Assembly (NCBI GenBank): GCA_032128375.1
Contig: JAQBGU010000095.1
Location: 10,640-74,639, forward strand
Direction: 5' to 3'
DNA from: Deltaproteobacteria bacterium
Lineage (GTDB): Bacteria > Myxococcota_A > UBA9160 > SMWR01
Length of the DNA: 64,000 nt
In this document: one piece after another, positions 31,810 to 42,918 of the stretch
Position numbering within the stretch: the first letter of the stretch is position 1
Layout: every line of letters starts with the position of its first letter
The notes under the pieces: generated by a model
What the model was told of the DNA's origin: nothing
Seen by the model: only the letters and a program-made list of their open reading frames with translations
Database searches by the model: none
Translations under genes and position numbers: made by a program

Positions 31810-33330
31810 TCAGAAGTAGCGCCGAAAGTCCCCCGACTCGAGCTTTACGAGATAGCTGTCGAGTTCGGTCTTGATGCGCCCCGATAGCAGGTAGACCCCG
31901 ATCAAATTCGGAAACGCCATGCCCAGAATCATCATGTCGCCAAATTCGATCACCGCGTTGGCCTGGAGTACCGCCCCGAGCCAAACGAACAGCAGGAAAA
32001 CCGCTTTGTAGGTCAAAATCGAGCGCGCCCCGAATAATTGGGCCCAACACTGTTCGCCGTAGTAACTCCACGAGATCATCGTGCTGAACGCGAACAGCAC
32101 CGCAATGAACGACAATACGATCGGGAACCACGGGAAGACCGTCGCGAACGCCCATGAAGTCATCGCGATTCCCGTTCCCGCCTCGGGGCTTTCGTGCGCA
32201 CCGGTGACGACCAGCACGATGCCGGTCATCGAACACACCACAATCGTATCGATGAACGGTTCGAGCAGCGCGACGATTCCTTCGCGCATCGGTTCTTCGG
32301 TGCGCGCCGCGGCGTGAACGATGGCTGCAGAACCGGTGCCGGCCTCGTTGCTGAAGGCGGCTCGGCGGAACCCCTGTATCAGTACACCCGCGAGGCCTCC
32401 GACGCCGGCTTTCATCGAGAACGCCGAGCTGATGATGGTGCCGAAAGCTGCGCCCACGGAGCCGATGTGGGCGAGCACGATCAATAATCCGCTAGCGACG
32501 TAGATGATGCACATGAACGGTACCAGCATCGCCGCAACTTCGCCGATCCGCTTGATTCCACCGATGATGACCGCACCGACAAGCGCCGCGAGTAGGATGC
32601 CGAAGGCCGCTGCCCCCATATTCCCTTCGAGAAACGGCAGAACGCTCGAGATTTGAGCGTATGACTGGTTCGACTGGAACATGTTGCCGCCGCCCAGACT
32701 TCCGCCGATACACATCAGTGCAAACACCGTCGCCAGTACTTTGCCGAGCCCGCCGAGTCCGAGCTCTCCAAGCCCATCGCGGAGGTAGTGCATGGCGCCG
32801 CCCGACACGTGCCCGTCTTCTCGTGTGACGCGGTACAACTGGCCGAGTGAACACTCGGCAAACTTCGAACTCATTCCGAGAAAGCCCGCGAAGATCATCC
32901 AGAAGACGGCACCCGGGCCACCGAGCCCCACGGCTACCGCGACGCCGGCGATGTTCCCAAGACCGACGGTCGCAGAAAGCGCCGCCGAGAGTGCCTGGAA
33001 ATGCGTGATTTCTCCGTCGGCGTCCGGAGCGGTGTAACGGCCTCGCACGCAGTCGATAGCGTGTGTGAAGGCGCGGAAGTTGATGAACTGAAACCGCAGC
33101 GTGAAGTACAGCGCACCCACGATCAGCCACAACACCGCCAGTGGGATCGACACGTCCGGGTCCCAGAACATCACGTCGAAGAAGATCACTGCCGAAAGAG
33201 GCGCGACCACGTACGTCGAAAAGAGCAGCTCGAGCGTGCTGAAAAAGTCCACGTCTCCCCCTCCCCCAGCTGGTGACTGCGACTGCCGGGGCTGTGATTT
33301 CGGGGGGCCACTGGAAACAATAGCGTCCAC
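31810..33330 (-). CDS. Alanine/glycine:cation symporter (AGCS family)
   Basis: ALSATVGLGNIAGV, GGPGAVFWM, FSNEAG.GS, FIDT, FAFSTMISWSYYG. Confidence 0.94.
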   Translation of the reverse strand: MDAIVSSGPPKSQPRQSQSPAGGGGDVDFFSTLELLFSTYVVAPLSAVIFFDVMFWDPDVSIPLAVLWLIVGALYFTLRFQFINFRAFTHAIDCVRGRYTAPDADGEITHFQALSAALSATVGLGNIAGVAVAVGLGGPGAVFWMIFAGFLGMSSKFAECSLGQLYRVTREDGHVSGGAMHYLRDGLGELGLGGLGKVLATVFALMCIGGSLGGGNMFQSNQSYAQISSVLPFLEGNMGAAAFGILLAALVGAVIIGGIKRIGEVAAMLVPFMCIIYVASGLLIVLAHIGSVGAAFGTIISSAFSMKAGVGGLAGVLIQGFRRAAFSNEAGTGSAAIVHAAARTEEPMREGIVALLEPFIDTIVVCSMTGIVLVVTGAHESPEAGTGIAMTSWAFATVFPWFPIVLSFIAVLFAFSTMISWSYYGEQCWAQLFGARSILTYKAVFLLFVWLGAVLQANAVIEFGDMMILGMAFPNLIGVYLLSGRIKTELDSYLVKLESGDFRRYF

Positions 33331-33358
33331 CCGCTCGTGGCAAGCCGCAGGGCGCCGA

Positions 33359-34417
33359 TCAATCCAGGTCGTCGCTGACTCGACCCGATAGATCGACTGA
33401 CCACCGGGCTACCAACCATCGGTTGGAGACGAACCGAATCCACGGGTAGCGGTGCACGCGATACAGCGACACGCTCAATCGAGCGGAGGTTCCTGTGTCG
33501 ACACGGTCGACCCGAGCGAAGCCGAGCGCTTCGAAATCTTCGCGAATTTGCGGATTGGCGACGCGGTTCTTGCGCCGGTTCGACCCCGCGCCCGAGATCA
33601 GATGCAGGCCGGGGTCTACACCGGACATCTCCAAGATCGACAATCGGTGTTCGTGGCCCGAAATGAACAACTGAACCGCTACGCCCGCCTCGGCGATCGC
33701 TCGCCGCATCGCTGCAAGATAGGCCGTGAACTCGGCCGATGGCGTCGGCGAGCCCGCACTTGCCATCGGGCGGTGGCCGGCAAGGATCCGCCAGGGGCCG
33801 GCGCTGTCGCGCAACGCCGCAACCAGCGGCGCGAGGTCGGCACCGGCGACAACGGCCTCGGCATCGAACAGGATCAGGCTGACGCCGCCGGCGAACTCGT
33901 GGCCCTGCGCGAGGCCCGCTGGCATCTGCCAGTTCGAAACAAACTCGCGAACGACCGATCGCTGAAGCCGAGGGCTTTCCGGCGTTTGATAATCGTGGTT
34001 TCCGAGCACAGCGAACAGTGGCAGCGACCGTTTGTCTCGGCTGCACGAGACCCCGACTTCGCCGTAGCGCATGCCGTCGGTAGCCACGAAGCGACAAAAC
34101 GGCCGGACCAGATTCGCCCGCACGCGGGCGACGAGCTCGGATGTTTTCAAACCATCGGGGTAGAAATTGTCCCCCAACAAGAGCAACGCGGTCGCCGGGT
34201 ACTCTTCGTCTGCGTCCGCCATCGCCTGGGTGACGGCGAGCATGCGCGGGTAATCGACGTCATCCGATGGCGGCGCGCCCGTGTCACCCACGGCGAGCAG
34301 CGAGAAAACGCTCACGTGCGTGTTCGGACCTTCGCCACAGCCGGTGGCGAGCGCGCAGACTACTGCGGCAATGCGGAGCCGTCTTTCGATTCGGGTCAAC
34401 GATGCGCAACGTACCAC
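33359..34417 (-). CDS. Metallophosphoesterase (calcineurin-like/purple acid phosphatase type), probable lipoprotein
   Basis: GDTG, GDNFY, GNHD, GH and GHEH motifs; signal ending LATGC. Confidence 0.88.
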   Translation of the reverse strand: MVRCASLTRIERRLRIAAVVCALATGCGEGPNTHVSVFSLLAVGDTGAPPSDDVDYPRMLAVTQAMADADEEYPATALLLLGDNFYPDGLKTSELVARVRANLVRPFCRFVATDGMRYGEVGVSCSRDKRSLPLFAVLGNHDYQTPESPRLQRSVVREFVSNWQMPAGLAQGHEFAGGVSLILFDAEAVVAGADLAPLVAALRDSAGPWRILAGHRPMASAGSPTPSAEFTAYLAAMRRAIAEAGVAVQLFISGHEHRLSILEMSGVDPGLHLISGAGSNRRKNRVANPQIREDFEALGFARVDRVDTGTSARLSVSLYRVHRYPWIRFVSNRWLVARWSVDLSGRVSDDLD

Positions 34418-34468
34418 GGCCGCGCTGGGTGCGGAGCACAGGACCCCTCACCTATGCTCGCCGACCCC

Positions 34469-36700
34469 ATGACGGATTCAAGCCTGGAAGCAACCCCCGG
34501 ATCGAAACCATCAAACCAGGTCGAGCAGACGACGCTGTCCGAACACGCGTCGAAGGCGCTGCTGGCAAACTACGGGGTTTTGATTGGCCGCGAGACGCTG
34601 GTGGAGACCCCGGCTGATGCCGCCCGAGCTGCGCAAGAACTCGGTTTTCCGGTTGTTTTGAAGCTGTGCGGAGATGCCATCGCGCACAAGACCGAGCGCG
34701 ATCTGGTGCGCTTGAACCTCTCCGACCCCGCGGGGGTGCAGGCTGCAGCCGAAGAACTGCTGTCACGCCGCCGCCCGGAAGATGGGGATGTGGGCCTGCT
34801 GGTCGCCGAGATGGTGCGCGGCAACCGCGAATTGATCGCTGGCCTCGTCCGGGACCCGCAATTGGGACCCTGCGTGATGCTCGGAATCGGCGGGATCCTC
34901 GCCGAGGCGTTGGGCGATGTGGTCTTTGCAGCGGCGCCGATCGATGAGCGCGATGCGCTCCGGATGTTGCGTGGTCTAGCGATGAGCCATCTGCTGACCG
35001 AACCGTTTCGCGGCGATCCGCCCGTAGATGAAGCGGCGCTCGCCCGGACACTGGTGGGTCTCGGCCGGCTGGCGGTCGAAAGGCCCGACGTCGCGAGTGT
35101 CGATCTGAATCCGCTGATCGTTCGCGGCGGAACACCGGTGGCCGTGGACGCGCTGGTCGTACTCGACACCGGATCGGCGCAACGGCCATCCACTGAGGTA
35201 GCAGTCCCCGAGAGGCCGCCGACGGAGCAAGAGATCGCGGCGTTGCTCGAGCGCTTTCGGCCGCTGTTCAGTCCGCGTGGGATCATTGTGGCCGGTGCAT
35301 CCACTCACCCGGGAAAGTTCGGCTTCGCAACACTCCACAACCTGCGCCGGTTCGGCTACACGGGCGAAATCTACGCGATCAACCGCGAAGGCACAGATGT
35401 GCTGGGACAACCCACATTCCGCGAAGTTGCTGAGATTCCCGAAGACGCGGCGGATCTGGTGTTCGTGTGTACACCGAACAAGGTCAATATCGAACTCTTG
35501 CGCGATTGCGCGAAAAAGGGGGTTCGGGCGGCCTTTGTTGCGAGTGCGGGGTACGGGGAAGCCGGAGAGGAAGGACGCGCACTCGAGCGCGAACTCGTCG
35601 ACACGGCCGACGAACTCGGCATGCTGTTGGCGGGTCCCAATGGTCAGGGTGTGATCTCGACATCGGTATCGATGTGTGCCCAGATCGTTCCACCGTATCC
35701 TCCCGCCGGGCGAATCGCAGTCGTCAGCCAGAGCGGCAATCTGGTTTCGTCGTTTCTGAATTATGCGGTCGAGACGGGCGTGGGGATCAGCAAGGCCATC
35801 TCGTGCGGCAACCAGGGCCAGACCCGACTCGCAGATTTCCTTCAGTACTTCGGAGCGGACCCGGACACGGACGTCGCACTCGCCTACTTGGAGGGGCTCC
35901 CGGATGGGCGCCACTTCATAGAGGTGGTGCGGGCATTGACCGCCCGAAAACCGCTCGTACTGGTCAAGGCAGGGGTCGCGGTCGAAGGGCAGCGCGCCGC
36001 CGCGAGCCATACCGGCTCGCTCGCGACCGACGACCGCATTTTCGACGGGATCTGTCATCAACTCGGGGTTTTGCGCGCGCCGACGATCGAGGATGCGTTC
36101 GAATGGGCGGCCACACTCGCCACCCAGCCGCTGCCGCGGGGACGACGCGTGGTCGTGTTTACTACGGTCGGCGGTTGGGGGGTGCTGGCGGCCGACGCCT
36201 GCGCGGCTTCGGGACTCTCGTTGATCACTTTACCCGAAGAAATTCGCACCAAGATCGACACGTTGGTTCCCGCGCGCTGGAGCCGCAACAACCCGATCGA
36301 CCTGGCGGGCGGCGAGACGCGCGAGACGATCCCCGAGGTTCTCGATTTGATCTGCGGCCATCGAGAGGTCGACGCGGTCATCCATCTCGGGGTCGGGATT
36401 CAGGCCGCGTCGGCGATCGCGATGAAGACCGGCGAGTTCTACCCCGATCACGGCCTCGAGCGCATCGTCGCGTTCCACGAACGCCAGGACCGTCGCTACG
36501 CCGAGGCCGCGCGCGAGTGTTCAGAGCGCTACGGCAAGCCGGTCTTGTCTGCGAGCGAACTGGTCCACACCGATGTATCGCGGCAAAACACCGGGCCGGC
36601 CGGTGTTCGCGCTGAGGGCCGCGTGTGCTATGCGAGCGCACATCGCGCCGTGCGCGCGCTGCGCGCGCTCGTCGATTACGCGGAGTTCCGAGCGATTTGA
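34469..36700 (+). CDS. ADP-forming acyl/acetate-CoA ligase, fused, with ATP-grasp domain first
   Basis: LGFPVVLK...HKTE, DLNPL, then GAS..PGKFG, GPNGQG, SQSG, AASHTGSLA (phospho-His), NPIDL. Confidence 0.88.
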   Translation: MTDSSLEATPGSKPSNQVEQTTLSEHASKALLANYGVLIGRETLVETPADAARAAQELGFPVVLKLCGDAIAHKTERDLVRLNLSDPAGVQAAAEELLSRRRPEDGDVGLLVAEMVRGNRELIAGLVRDPQLGPCVMLGIGGILAEALGDVVFAAAPIDERDALRMLRGLAMSHLLTEPFRGDPPVDEAALARTLVGLGRLAVERPDVASVDLNPLIVRGGTPVAVDALVVLDTGSAQRPSTEVAVPERPPTEQEIAALLERFRPLFSPRGIIVAGASTHPGKFGFATLHNLRRFGYTGEIYAINREGTDVLGQPTFREVAEIPEDAADLVFVCTPNKVNIELLRDCAKKGVRAAFVASAGYGEAGEEGRALERELVDTADELGMLLAGPNGQGVISTSVSMCAQIVPPYPPAGRIAVVSQSGNLVSSFLNYAVETGVGISKAISCGNQGQTRLADFLQYFGADPDTDVALAYLEGLPDGRHFIEVVRALTARKPLVLVKAGVAVEGQRAAASHTGSLATDDRIFDGICHQLGVLRAPTIEDAFEWAATLATQPLPRGRRVVVFTTVGGWGVLAADACAASGLSLITLPEEIRTKIDTLVPARWSRNNPIDLAGGETRETIPEVLDLICGHREVDAVIHLGVGIQAASAIAMKTGEFYPDHGLERIVAFHERQDRRYAEAARECSERYGKPVLSASELVHTDVSRQNTGPAGVRAEGRVCYASAHRAVRALRALVDYAEFRAI

Positions 36701-36764
36701 CCAGTCAGCCGGCGTCGTTTCGCAATGCAGCGCGTGGTGGCGAAGCAGGTGAGCGAGTGTGTGG

Positions 36765-37565
36765 CTATCCGAAAATTTTCGGATCGACCTCCACGCCCAC
36801 AGGACAGTGATCCGAGCCCATCACTCTCGGGTAGATCGCCGCGCTGCGAACGAACTTCATCGCGGCCGGAGAGGCCAGCACCATGTCGAGCCGCCAACCG
36901 ATATTTTTCTTTCGAACGTCGAACCGCTGGCTCCACCACGAATAGTGACCGGGTCCCGGTTCGAAGTGGCGGAACGTGTCGGTCCATCCGGCCGCAAGCC
37001 AGCGGTCGAGTTCGGCGCACTCTGTTGGCAAGAACCCGCTGGTTTTTCGATTGGCTTGGGGTCTGGCGAGGTCGATTTCGCGGTGTGCCGTATTGAAGTC
37101 ACCCATCACGAGTACGCGGGCGCCAGCGCCGCGAATGCGCTCGAGTTCGGCGAACAGGGTCCGGTAGAATTCGAGTTTGAATGCGACCCGGCTGTTATCG
37201 CGGGCTTTGCCGTTGCCATTTGGAAAGTAGACGTTGGCGACGACAAGCCGACCGAAGCTCGCCAATTGGACGCGGCCCTCGCGATCGAATTTCGTCTTGT
37301 GAAGCGTCGAGTCGATCCGATCCGGCGCGCGGCGCGCGAACAAGCCAACGCCGCTGTAGCCTTTGCGTTCGGCCGGATTGAATGCAGTGTGCCAGCGTTT
37401 CGGAGCGGCCACCGTCCTGGGCAGCTGCTCTGCGGTTGCACGCACTTCCTGGACGCCGACGATTTCGGCGCCGCAACGTCCCAACCAGCGCGTGAACCCC
37501 TTGGTCGCGCAGGCGCGCAGACCGTTCACATTCCAGGACAAGATCTTGGTCAGGTCGTCAGACAT
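36765..37565 (-). CDS. xth: Exodeoxyribonuclease III / AP endonuclease
   Basis: SWNVNGLRA, QE, GYSGV, YFPNG, GDFN, GWRLD, SDHCP. Confidence 0.95.
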   Translation of the reverse strand: MSDDLTKILSWNVNGLRACATKGFTRWLGRCGAEIVGVQEVRATAEQLPRTVAAPKRWHTAFNPAERKGYSGVGLFARRAPDRIDSTLHKTKFDREGRVQLASFGRLVVANVYFPNGNGKARDNSRVAFKLEFYRTLFAELERIRGAGARVLVMGDFNTAHREIDLARPQANRKTSGFLPTECAELDRWLAAGWTDTFRHFEPGPGHYSWWSQRFDVRKKNIGWRLDMVLASPAAMKFVRSAAIYPRVMGSDHCPVGVEVDPKIFG

Positions 37566-37605
37566 GTTCACGGATGGTGTTCGAGCACAACACAGGAAAA
37601 TAGAA

Positions 37606-39540
37606 TCAGATGTCCGACGACAGGTAGGTGTATCCTTCGAGCCCCTGCTCGTAACGCTCGAGCAGGCGCGCAGACTCCTCCTCGCTGATCTGTCCGCCGG
37701 CCTTCGCCCGCTCGATGATGTCGCGAACCTTGTCGATCAGGTTGTGCTTGTCGTACTGCACGTAGGCCAGCACCTCTTCTACTGAGTCTCCTTCCACGGT
37801 ATGGTCGACGACATAGCTGCCACCCTCCCCGAGTCTGACATGTACCGCATCGGTGTCTCCAAACAGGTTGTGGAGGTCGCCGAGGATCTCCTGGTATGCG
37901 CCGACCAGGAACAATCCAATGTAATAGGGGCTGCCGTTCCAGGCATGCAACTCGAGCACGTCCTTGACATCGCGCTCATCGATGAAGTGGTTGATCTTGC
38001 CATCGCTGTCGCAGGTGAGGTCTGCGAAAACACCGCGCCGGGTGGGCCGTTCGCCGAGACGCTGGATCGGCATCACCGGAAAGAGTTGATCGACCGCCCA
38101 GTGGTCCGGCGCGCTCTGGAACACCGAGAAGTTGCCATAGTAGGTGTCAGCGAGACTTTTCTCGAGATCTTCGAGGTCTTCTGGCACGTGCGGCATGTCG
38201 CGGACCGTCCGCAAGATCTTCTCACAGCAGTGCCAGAACATTTCGTCGGCACGCGCGCGCCCGCGCAGGTCGAGGTAGCCCAGCGAAAACAGCTTCGCCG
38301 CCTCCCCTCTGAGGTGTAGCGCGTCGTGGTACGACTCTTGGACGGTCTTGCGCGAGATGGACGTGCTGATCGCTGCGAAATCGCGCAGGATCTTGAGTGC
38401 GGGCGAGCCGTCGTCCTTCGCGGCATCGCCGTCGAGTTCGGGTGAACGGGGCGGTAGCCCGGTACTCGCCATTTCTTGCACACCCAGAACGTCGAAGATC
38501 AGCACGGAGTGATGGGCGACCATCGCCCGACCCGATTCCGTCACGATGTCGGGGTGCGGCACGTCGGCTTCGTCGCAGGATTCTTGGATGAACGCGACGA
38601 CGTCATTTGCGTACTCCTGCATCGAGTAGTTCTTGGACGAGTGAAAATTGGTTCGCGAGCCGTCGTAGTCCACGCCCAGCCCTCCTCCGACGTCGATCAA
38701 CGTTGGGGTGGCTCCCATCTCGTGGAGGCCGACGAAAATTCGGCTGCCTTCGGCCAACGCGTCCTTGTGTGCTCTTGCGGCAGTGATCTGGCTCCCGATG
38801 TGAAAGTGCAGCAGTTCTACGCAATCGAGCATGTCTTCTGTGCTGAGTCGGTCGATCGCATCGACGATCTCGATCGATGACAGGCCGAACTTCGACCGAT
38901 CACCGGTGGAATCGACCCAGCGACCCGCGCCGCGCGTGCTCAGCCTCGCACGCAGCCCCAGGTGGGGACGGATCGAAAGCTCACGGGAAGTCTTGATTAC
39001 GAGATCGATCTCGGAAAAGCGGTCGATGACGACTACCGGCACGCGACCGAGTCGCTGAGCGAGAAGGGCCGTTTCCACGTACGCGCGGTCCTTGTAACCA
39101 TTGCAGATGATCAGCGCGTCTGGGGTATCGAGCAATGCCAGAGCCACGAGCAGTTCGGGTTTGCTGCCCGCTTCGAGTCCAATCCCGACCGATGCGCCGA
39201 ACTGGATGATTTCTTCGACTACGTGCCGCTGCTGGTTGACCTTGATCGGGTACACCCCGCGGTATCCGCCAGCGTAGCCATAACTATCGATCGCACGCTG
39301 AAACGAATCGCCAAGGCTCTGGATCCGAGTGGCGAGGATGTCCGAGAACCGGATCAACATCGGTGAGCGAACGCCGCGATTCTGGAGATCTTGCACGAGC
39401 TCGCACATGTCGATCCGGCGAAGGTCGCCTCCCCGCGGTATGACCTCGAGGTTTCCTTTCGCGTTGATGTCGAAGAAACCCGCGCCCCAGTTGGGTACAC
39501 TGTATAGTTCGAGACTGTCGCGAATCGTCCATGAGCGCAT
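37606..39540 (-). CDS. speA: Biosynthetic arginine decarboxylase
   Basis: VYPIKVNQ, GLEAGSKPEL, CNGYKD, HFHIGSQI, DLTCDSDG, GAYQEILGDLHNLFG. Confidence 0.96.
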   Translation of the reverse strand: MRSWTIRDSLELYSVPNWGAGFFDINAKGNLEVIPRGGDLRRIDMCELVQDLQNRGVRSPMLIRFSDILATRIQSLGDSFQRAIDSYGYAGGYRGVYPIKVNQQRHVVEEIIQFGASVGIGLEAGSKPELLVALALLDTPDALIICNGYKDRAYVETALLAQRLGRVPVVVIDRFSEIDLVIKTSRELSIRPHLGLRARLSTRGAGRWVDSTGDRSKFGLSSIEIVDAIDRLSTEDMLDCVELLHFHIGSQITAARAHKDALAEGSRIFVGLHEMGATPTLIDVGGGLGVDYDGSRTNFHSSKNYSMQEYANDVVAFIQESCDEADVPHPDIVTESGRAMVAHHSVLIFDVLGVQEMASTGLPPRSPELDGDAAKDDGSPALKILRDFAAISTSISRKTVQESYHDALHLRGEAAKLFSLGYLDLRGRARADEMFWHCCEKILRTVRDMPHVPEDLEDLEKSLADTYYGNFSVFQSAPDHWAVDQLFPVMPIQRLGERPTRRGVFADLTCDSDGKINHFIDERDVKDVLELHAWNGSPYYIGLFLVGAYQEILGDLHNLFGDTDAVHVRLGEGGSYVVDHTVEGDSVEEVLAYVQYDKHNLIDKVRDIIERAKAGGQISEEESARLLERYEQGLEGYTYLSSDI

Positions 39541-39542
39541 GG

Positions 39543-40823
39543 TCAATTGGGGATCGGGATGCTTCGCTGTTGACTGTTCGACAGGTCGCGAACCAGCACT
39601 TCGCCACGCGCGAGTTCATCTGGACCGATCAGGTAGACTTCGCGCGCTCCGGCCTTGTCGGCGTCGGCGAGCACTCGCTTGAGTCGCTGCGCGCCGAGCA
39701 CGATCTCGACGGATTGTCCCTCGCCGCGCAGGACGCTCGCGACCTGCACGGCCACTCGACGTTCGGTTTCGCCGAATGGATAGACGACTGCATCGAGACC
39801 ACGCGATAGCTTCGGCAGCCGCTGCTTGTCGGCGAGCAACTCGGTGATCACGACGTCGCCGAACCCAAAGCCCACGGCTGGAATGGAAGGGCCGCCGAGC
39901 GTCTCGAGCAGGCCGTCGTAGCGACCGCCTCCGCACACCGCGCGAAGCTCGCGTCGGGTGTCGAACGCCTCGAAGACCACACCTGTGTAATAGGCGAGGC
40001 CCCGAACAATCGATGCATCGAACACCACGCGGTCGCGATACCCGTAGACGTCGAGCAGCTCGAACAGCCGTTTCAGTTCCCGCAAGCCAGTCGAGTCTGC
40101 GGGGACCAGCTTTTCGACTTCATCCAGATCTCGGGTCTCGAGCCACGAGACGACGAAGTGAGCGTCGGGCGCCGCCAGTGCTACCGGACCGGCGGGGTCT
40201 ATGAGCAGGTCGGCGACTGCGTCGGAACCGATCTTGTCGAGTTTGTCGATTGCGATGCACAGTGCCGCAAACACCTCGGGACGATCCCGCAGCACGCTTT
40301 CGCGCAGGGTTTCCTCGAGGACTGAGCGGCTGCTCACGCGGATCTTCACCGCGTCGCCCCCGAGACCGATCCGGTCCAGTAAATGGAAGATGGATGCGAT
40401 CAGTTCCGCTTCGGCCGTGACATCCGGTTCGCCCCAGATATCCATGTTCCATTGGTAGTGCTCTCGCTTCCGGCCGCGGGTCATCCGCTCGTAGCGCCAA
40501 CACTGCGGCAAGCTGAACCAGCGCAGCGGCATGCGCAGCGCGCCGGCGCGGGCCATCACCATTCGGGCGATCTGCGGCGTGATTTCGGGGCGAAGTGTCA
40601 GATGTCGATCGTGGAGTTCGAAGTGGTAGAGCTGCTCGACGATCTCTTCGCCCGCCTTGCGCGTGAACAGCTCTGCGTGCTCGAGCACCGGCGCGTCAAC
40701 TTGTTCGAAACCGAACAAGCGCGCCGTTTCGCTGAAGTGACCCAATAGCCAATTTCGCAGGCGTAAATCGTCCGGGTAGAAGTCCCGAGTTCCGCGCGGT
40801 GGTTGGAGATGATCTTGGGCCAT
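39543..40823 (-). CDS. hisS: Histidine--tRNA ligase
   Basis: PRGTRDF, LRPEIT, RYER...GRKREHYQ, RGLAYYTG, GGGRYD. Confidence 0.95.
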   Translation of the reverse strand: MAQDHLQPPRGTRDFYPDDLRLRNWLLGHFSETARLFGFEQVDAPVLEHAELFTRKAGEEIVEQLYHFELHDRHLTLRPEITPQIARMVMARAGALRMPLRWFSLPQCWRYERMTRGRKREHYQWNMDIWGEPDVTAEAELIASIFHLLDRIGLGGDAVKIRVSSRSVLEETLRESVLRDRPEVFAALCIAIDKLDKIGSDAVADLLIDPAGPVALAAPDAHFVVSWLETRDLDEVEKLVPADSTGLRELKRLFELLDVYGYRDRVVFDASIVRGLAYYTGVVFEAFDTRRELRAVCGGGRYDGLLETLGGPSIPAVGFGFGDVVITELLADKQRLPKLSRGLDAVVYPFGETERRVAVQVASVLRGEGQSVEIVLGAQRLKRVLADADKAGAREVYLIGPDELARGEVLVRDLSNSQQRSIPIPN

Positions 40824-40987
40824 AGCGGTCGCACATCTTCGCACGCTTGGAGAAGAAATCGACGCTCGATCGCCAAAGGCTGCCAGCAGCGCTCCAGATT
40901 GCTGTCGATTGGCCGAAGATGTTGCTACCTCTTCGAGCCTTCGCGCGATCCTCGCGTCAGCCGCGTCCACGAATTACAGGAGTCAAC

Positions 40988-42340
40988 ATGTCGATTCGAA
41001 GTGCAGCCATCCTTGCGACGATCGTGGCCGCGCTGGCCTGCGGCGCCGACGAGTCACCCAAGTCGGCCGTCGCTCCGCCGGCGCAGCCCACCCCGACGGC
41101 TGCCGCGCCACCAGAGGCCGCAGCACAGAACGCACCACGGGCGGCGGCGCCAACGACGGCGGATTCGCTCCCGAATGGGATCGTGCTCGCGCTCGCACAG
41201 TTCGTCTCTGAAAAGGACGACGCTGGCAAGAGTTCGATCGTCCCTGGGCCCGCCCGTGCGGAATTCCTGTTCCGCCGCGACGGACAGTGGCAAACCACCG
41301 CACTCGAGGATCCGGACAGCAACGTCTTTCACAAGGTCATGGTTTACGACTCGGGGACGGGGCCGACGCTCCTCACGCTCGGCGGTAACGAAGCAATCCT
41401 GCGCAGCTGGGCGCCGGTCGACGGAATCTTGGTGCCCACCGACCTGTGGCGAAAAGACTTCGGAGGCAAGTGGAGCCGAATGCGAGACGCCGAGGTGGTC
41501 GATATCGACGGCGACGGCAAGGCGGAACTCGCGGTTGCGACGCATGACCAGGGCGTGGTCGCCATCGTGAAGCCGGCTGCGGACGGATTTGCGGTTTCCG
41601 AGATCGATTCTCGGCCCGACACCTTCGTTCACGAGATCGAAATTGGCGACCTCGACGCCGATGGCATTCCGGAAATCTATGCAACACCCAGCGAGCCGAA
41701 TCGATTGGACGGGTCGCCACAACGGGGCGAAGTCGTCCGCTACATCCCGGCGAAGGGGAACGAGCGCGTCGTGGTCGCCGATCTCGGTGATCGGCACGCC
41801 AAGGAAATCCTGGTCGCGGATGTCGATGGGGATGGTATCGATGAACTCTACGTGTCGATCGAGGGCGAAACCGAAGGCAAGGGCGCGAGCCGGCGCATCA
41901 AGTCCCCTGTCGAGATTCGGCGTTACGGGCCAGATACGCCCGCTACCGAAGGAGTCGTGATCGCCACGCTGCAGGACTCGCTGAGTCGATTCCTGACCGT
42001 CGGAGACATCGATGGCGACGGGAAGCGGGAGATGGTCGTCGCCACGTTCAGTATGGGATTATGGCTGTTTAGGCCCACTTTGGATCTCTCAAAGCCCTGG
42101 ACGCGCAAACTGATCGACCGCGATTCGGCCGGCTTCGAACACGCGTCAATCCTGACCGATTTGGACGAGGACGGAATCGACGAATTGTATGTGGCCAGCG
42201 ACAAGCACAAGGAAGTCCGGCGCTACGTCTGGAACGGCACACAGGTGGTCCGCGAGACGATCTACACGCGACCCGACGATCGCCCGATCTTCACATGGAA
42301 CCTGATGCCGGTGCCCGTCAGCCTGATCCCGGGCAGCTAG
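40988..42340 (+). CDS. FG-GAP/VCBS repeat beta-propeller lipoprotein
   Basis: AGGAG RBS, lipobox ALAC, Pro/Ala linker, five D(I/L/V)DxDGxxE repeats. Confidence 0.8.
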   Translation: MSIRSAAILATIVAALACGADESPKSAVAPPAQPTPTAAAPPEAAAQNAPRAAAPTTADSLPNGIVLALAQFVSEKDDAGKSSIVPGPARAEFLFRRDGQWQTTALEDPDSNVFHKVMVYDSGTGPTLLTLGGNEAILRSWAPVDGILVPTDLWRKDFGGKWSRMRDAEVVDIDGDGKAELAVATHDQGVVAIVKPAADGFAVSEIDSRPDTFVHEIEIGDLDADGIPEIYATPSEPNRLDGSPQRGEVVRYIPAKGNERVVVADLGDRHAKEILVADVDGDGIDELYVSIEGETEGKGASRRIKSPVEIRRYGPDTPATEGVVIATLQDSLSRFLTVGDIDGDGKREMVVATFSMGLWLFRPTLDLSKPWTRKLIDRDSAGFEHASILTDLDEDGIDELYVASDKHKEVRRYVWNGTQVVRETIYTRPDDRPIFTWNLMPVPVSLIPGS

Positions 42341-42433
42341 ATTCGCGGTCGCCGCCCTGCGCCGAAACCCGCTACTGCGTCGCCGACCCAGCTTGGGCCG
42401 GGCTACCGGGCTCGACCGCAGGCTCCAACCGGT

Positions 42434-42772
42434 CTAGCCGGGCGGCCAAGCGAAATCTCGTCCGCCGAGAACGTGGATGTGCAGGTGGAAGACGCTCTGG
42501 CCGGCTCCGGCGCCGTTGTTCACAACCACCCGAAAATTCTCGAGACCCGCCTCGGCAGCCACCCTGTTCGCGACCCGTAGCAGATGACCCAGCAGCGCCT
42601 CGTCATCTGAACCGGCTTCCGACAATGTGGCAAGCGATTTGCGCGGAATGACCAACAGATGCGTGGGTGCCTGCGGATTGAGGTCGCGAAACGCGAGCGC
42701 TCGATCGTCTTCGTAGACGATGTCCGCCGGCGCCTGCCCCCTGGCGATTTTCCCGAAGATCGTGTCGGTCAT
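42434..42772 (-). CDS. Histidine triad (HIT/Hint) nucleotide-binding protein
   Basis: [38 protein letters not shown]. Confidence 0.94.
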   Translation of the reverse strand: MTDTIFGKIARGQAPADIVYEDDRALAFRDLNPQAPTHLLVIPRKSLATLSEAGSDDEALLGHLLRVANRVAAEAGLENFRVVVNNGAGAGQSVFHLHIHVLGGRDFAWPPG

Positions 42773-42918
42773 TCGCGTAGTCGCCAGCCTGCCGAAACGA
42801 ACTCGGCCCCGCAACACGCCGACCCGCTCCAAAAGTGACTTGGAGTCCGATTTTTTTTCGATGGCCTCATAGTCGCGCAGCAAGCGACGGAAGTTCGGTC
42901 CGCAACGAAAGAAATTCG

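Noticed and set aside
33452..34453. N-terminal 334 aa of the 1082-aa ORF
   Set aside because: Overlaps the minus-strand metallophosphoesterase; the ligase homology starts near 34469
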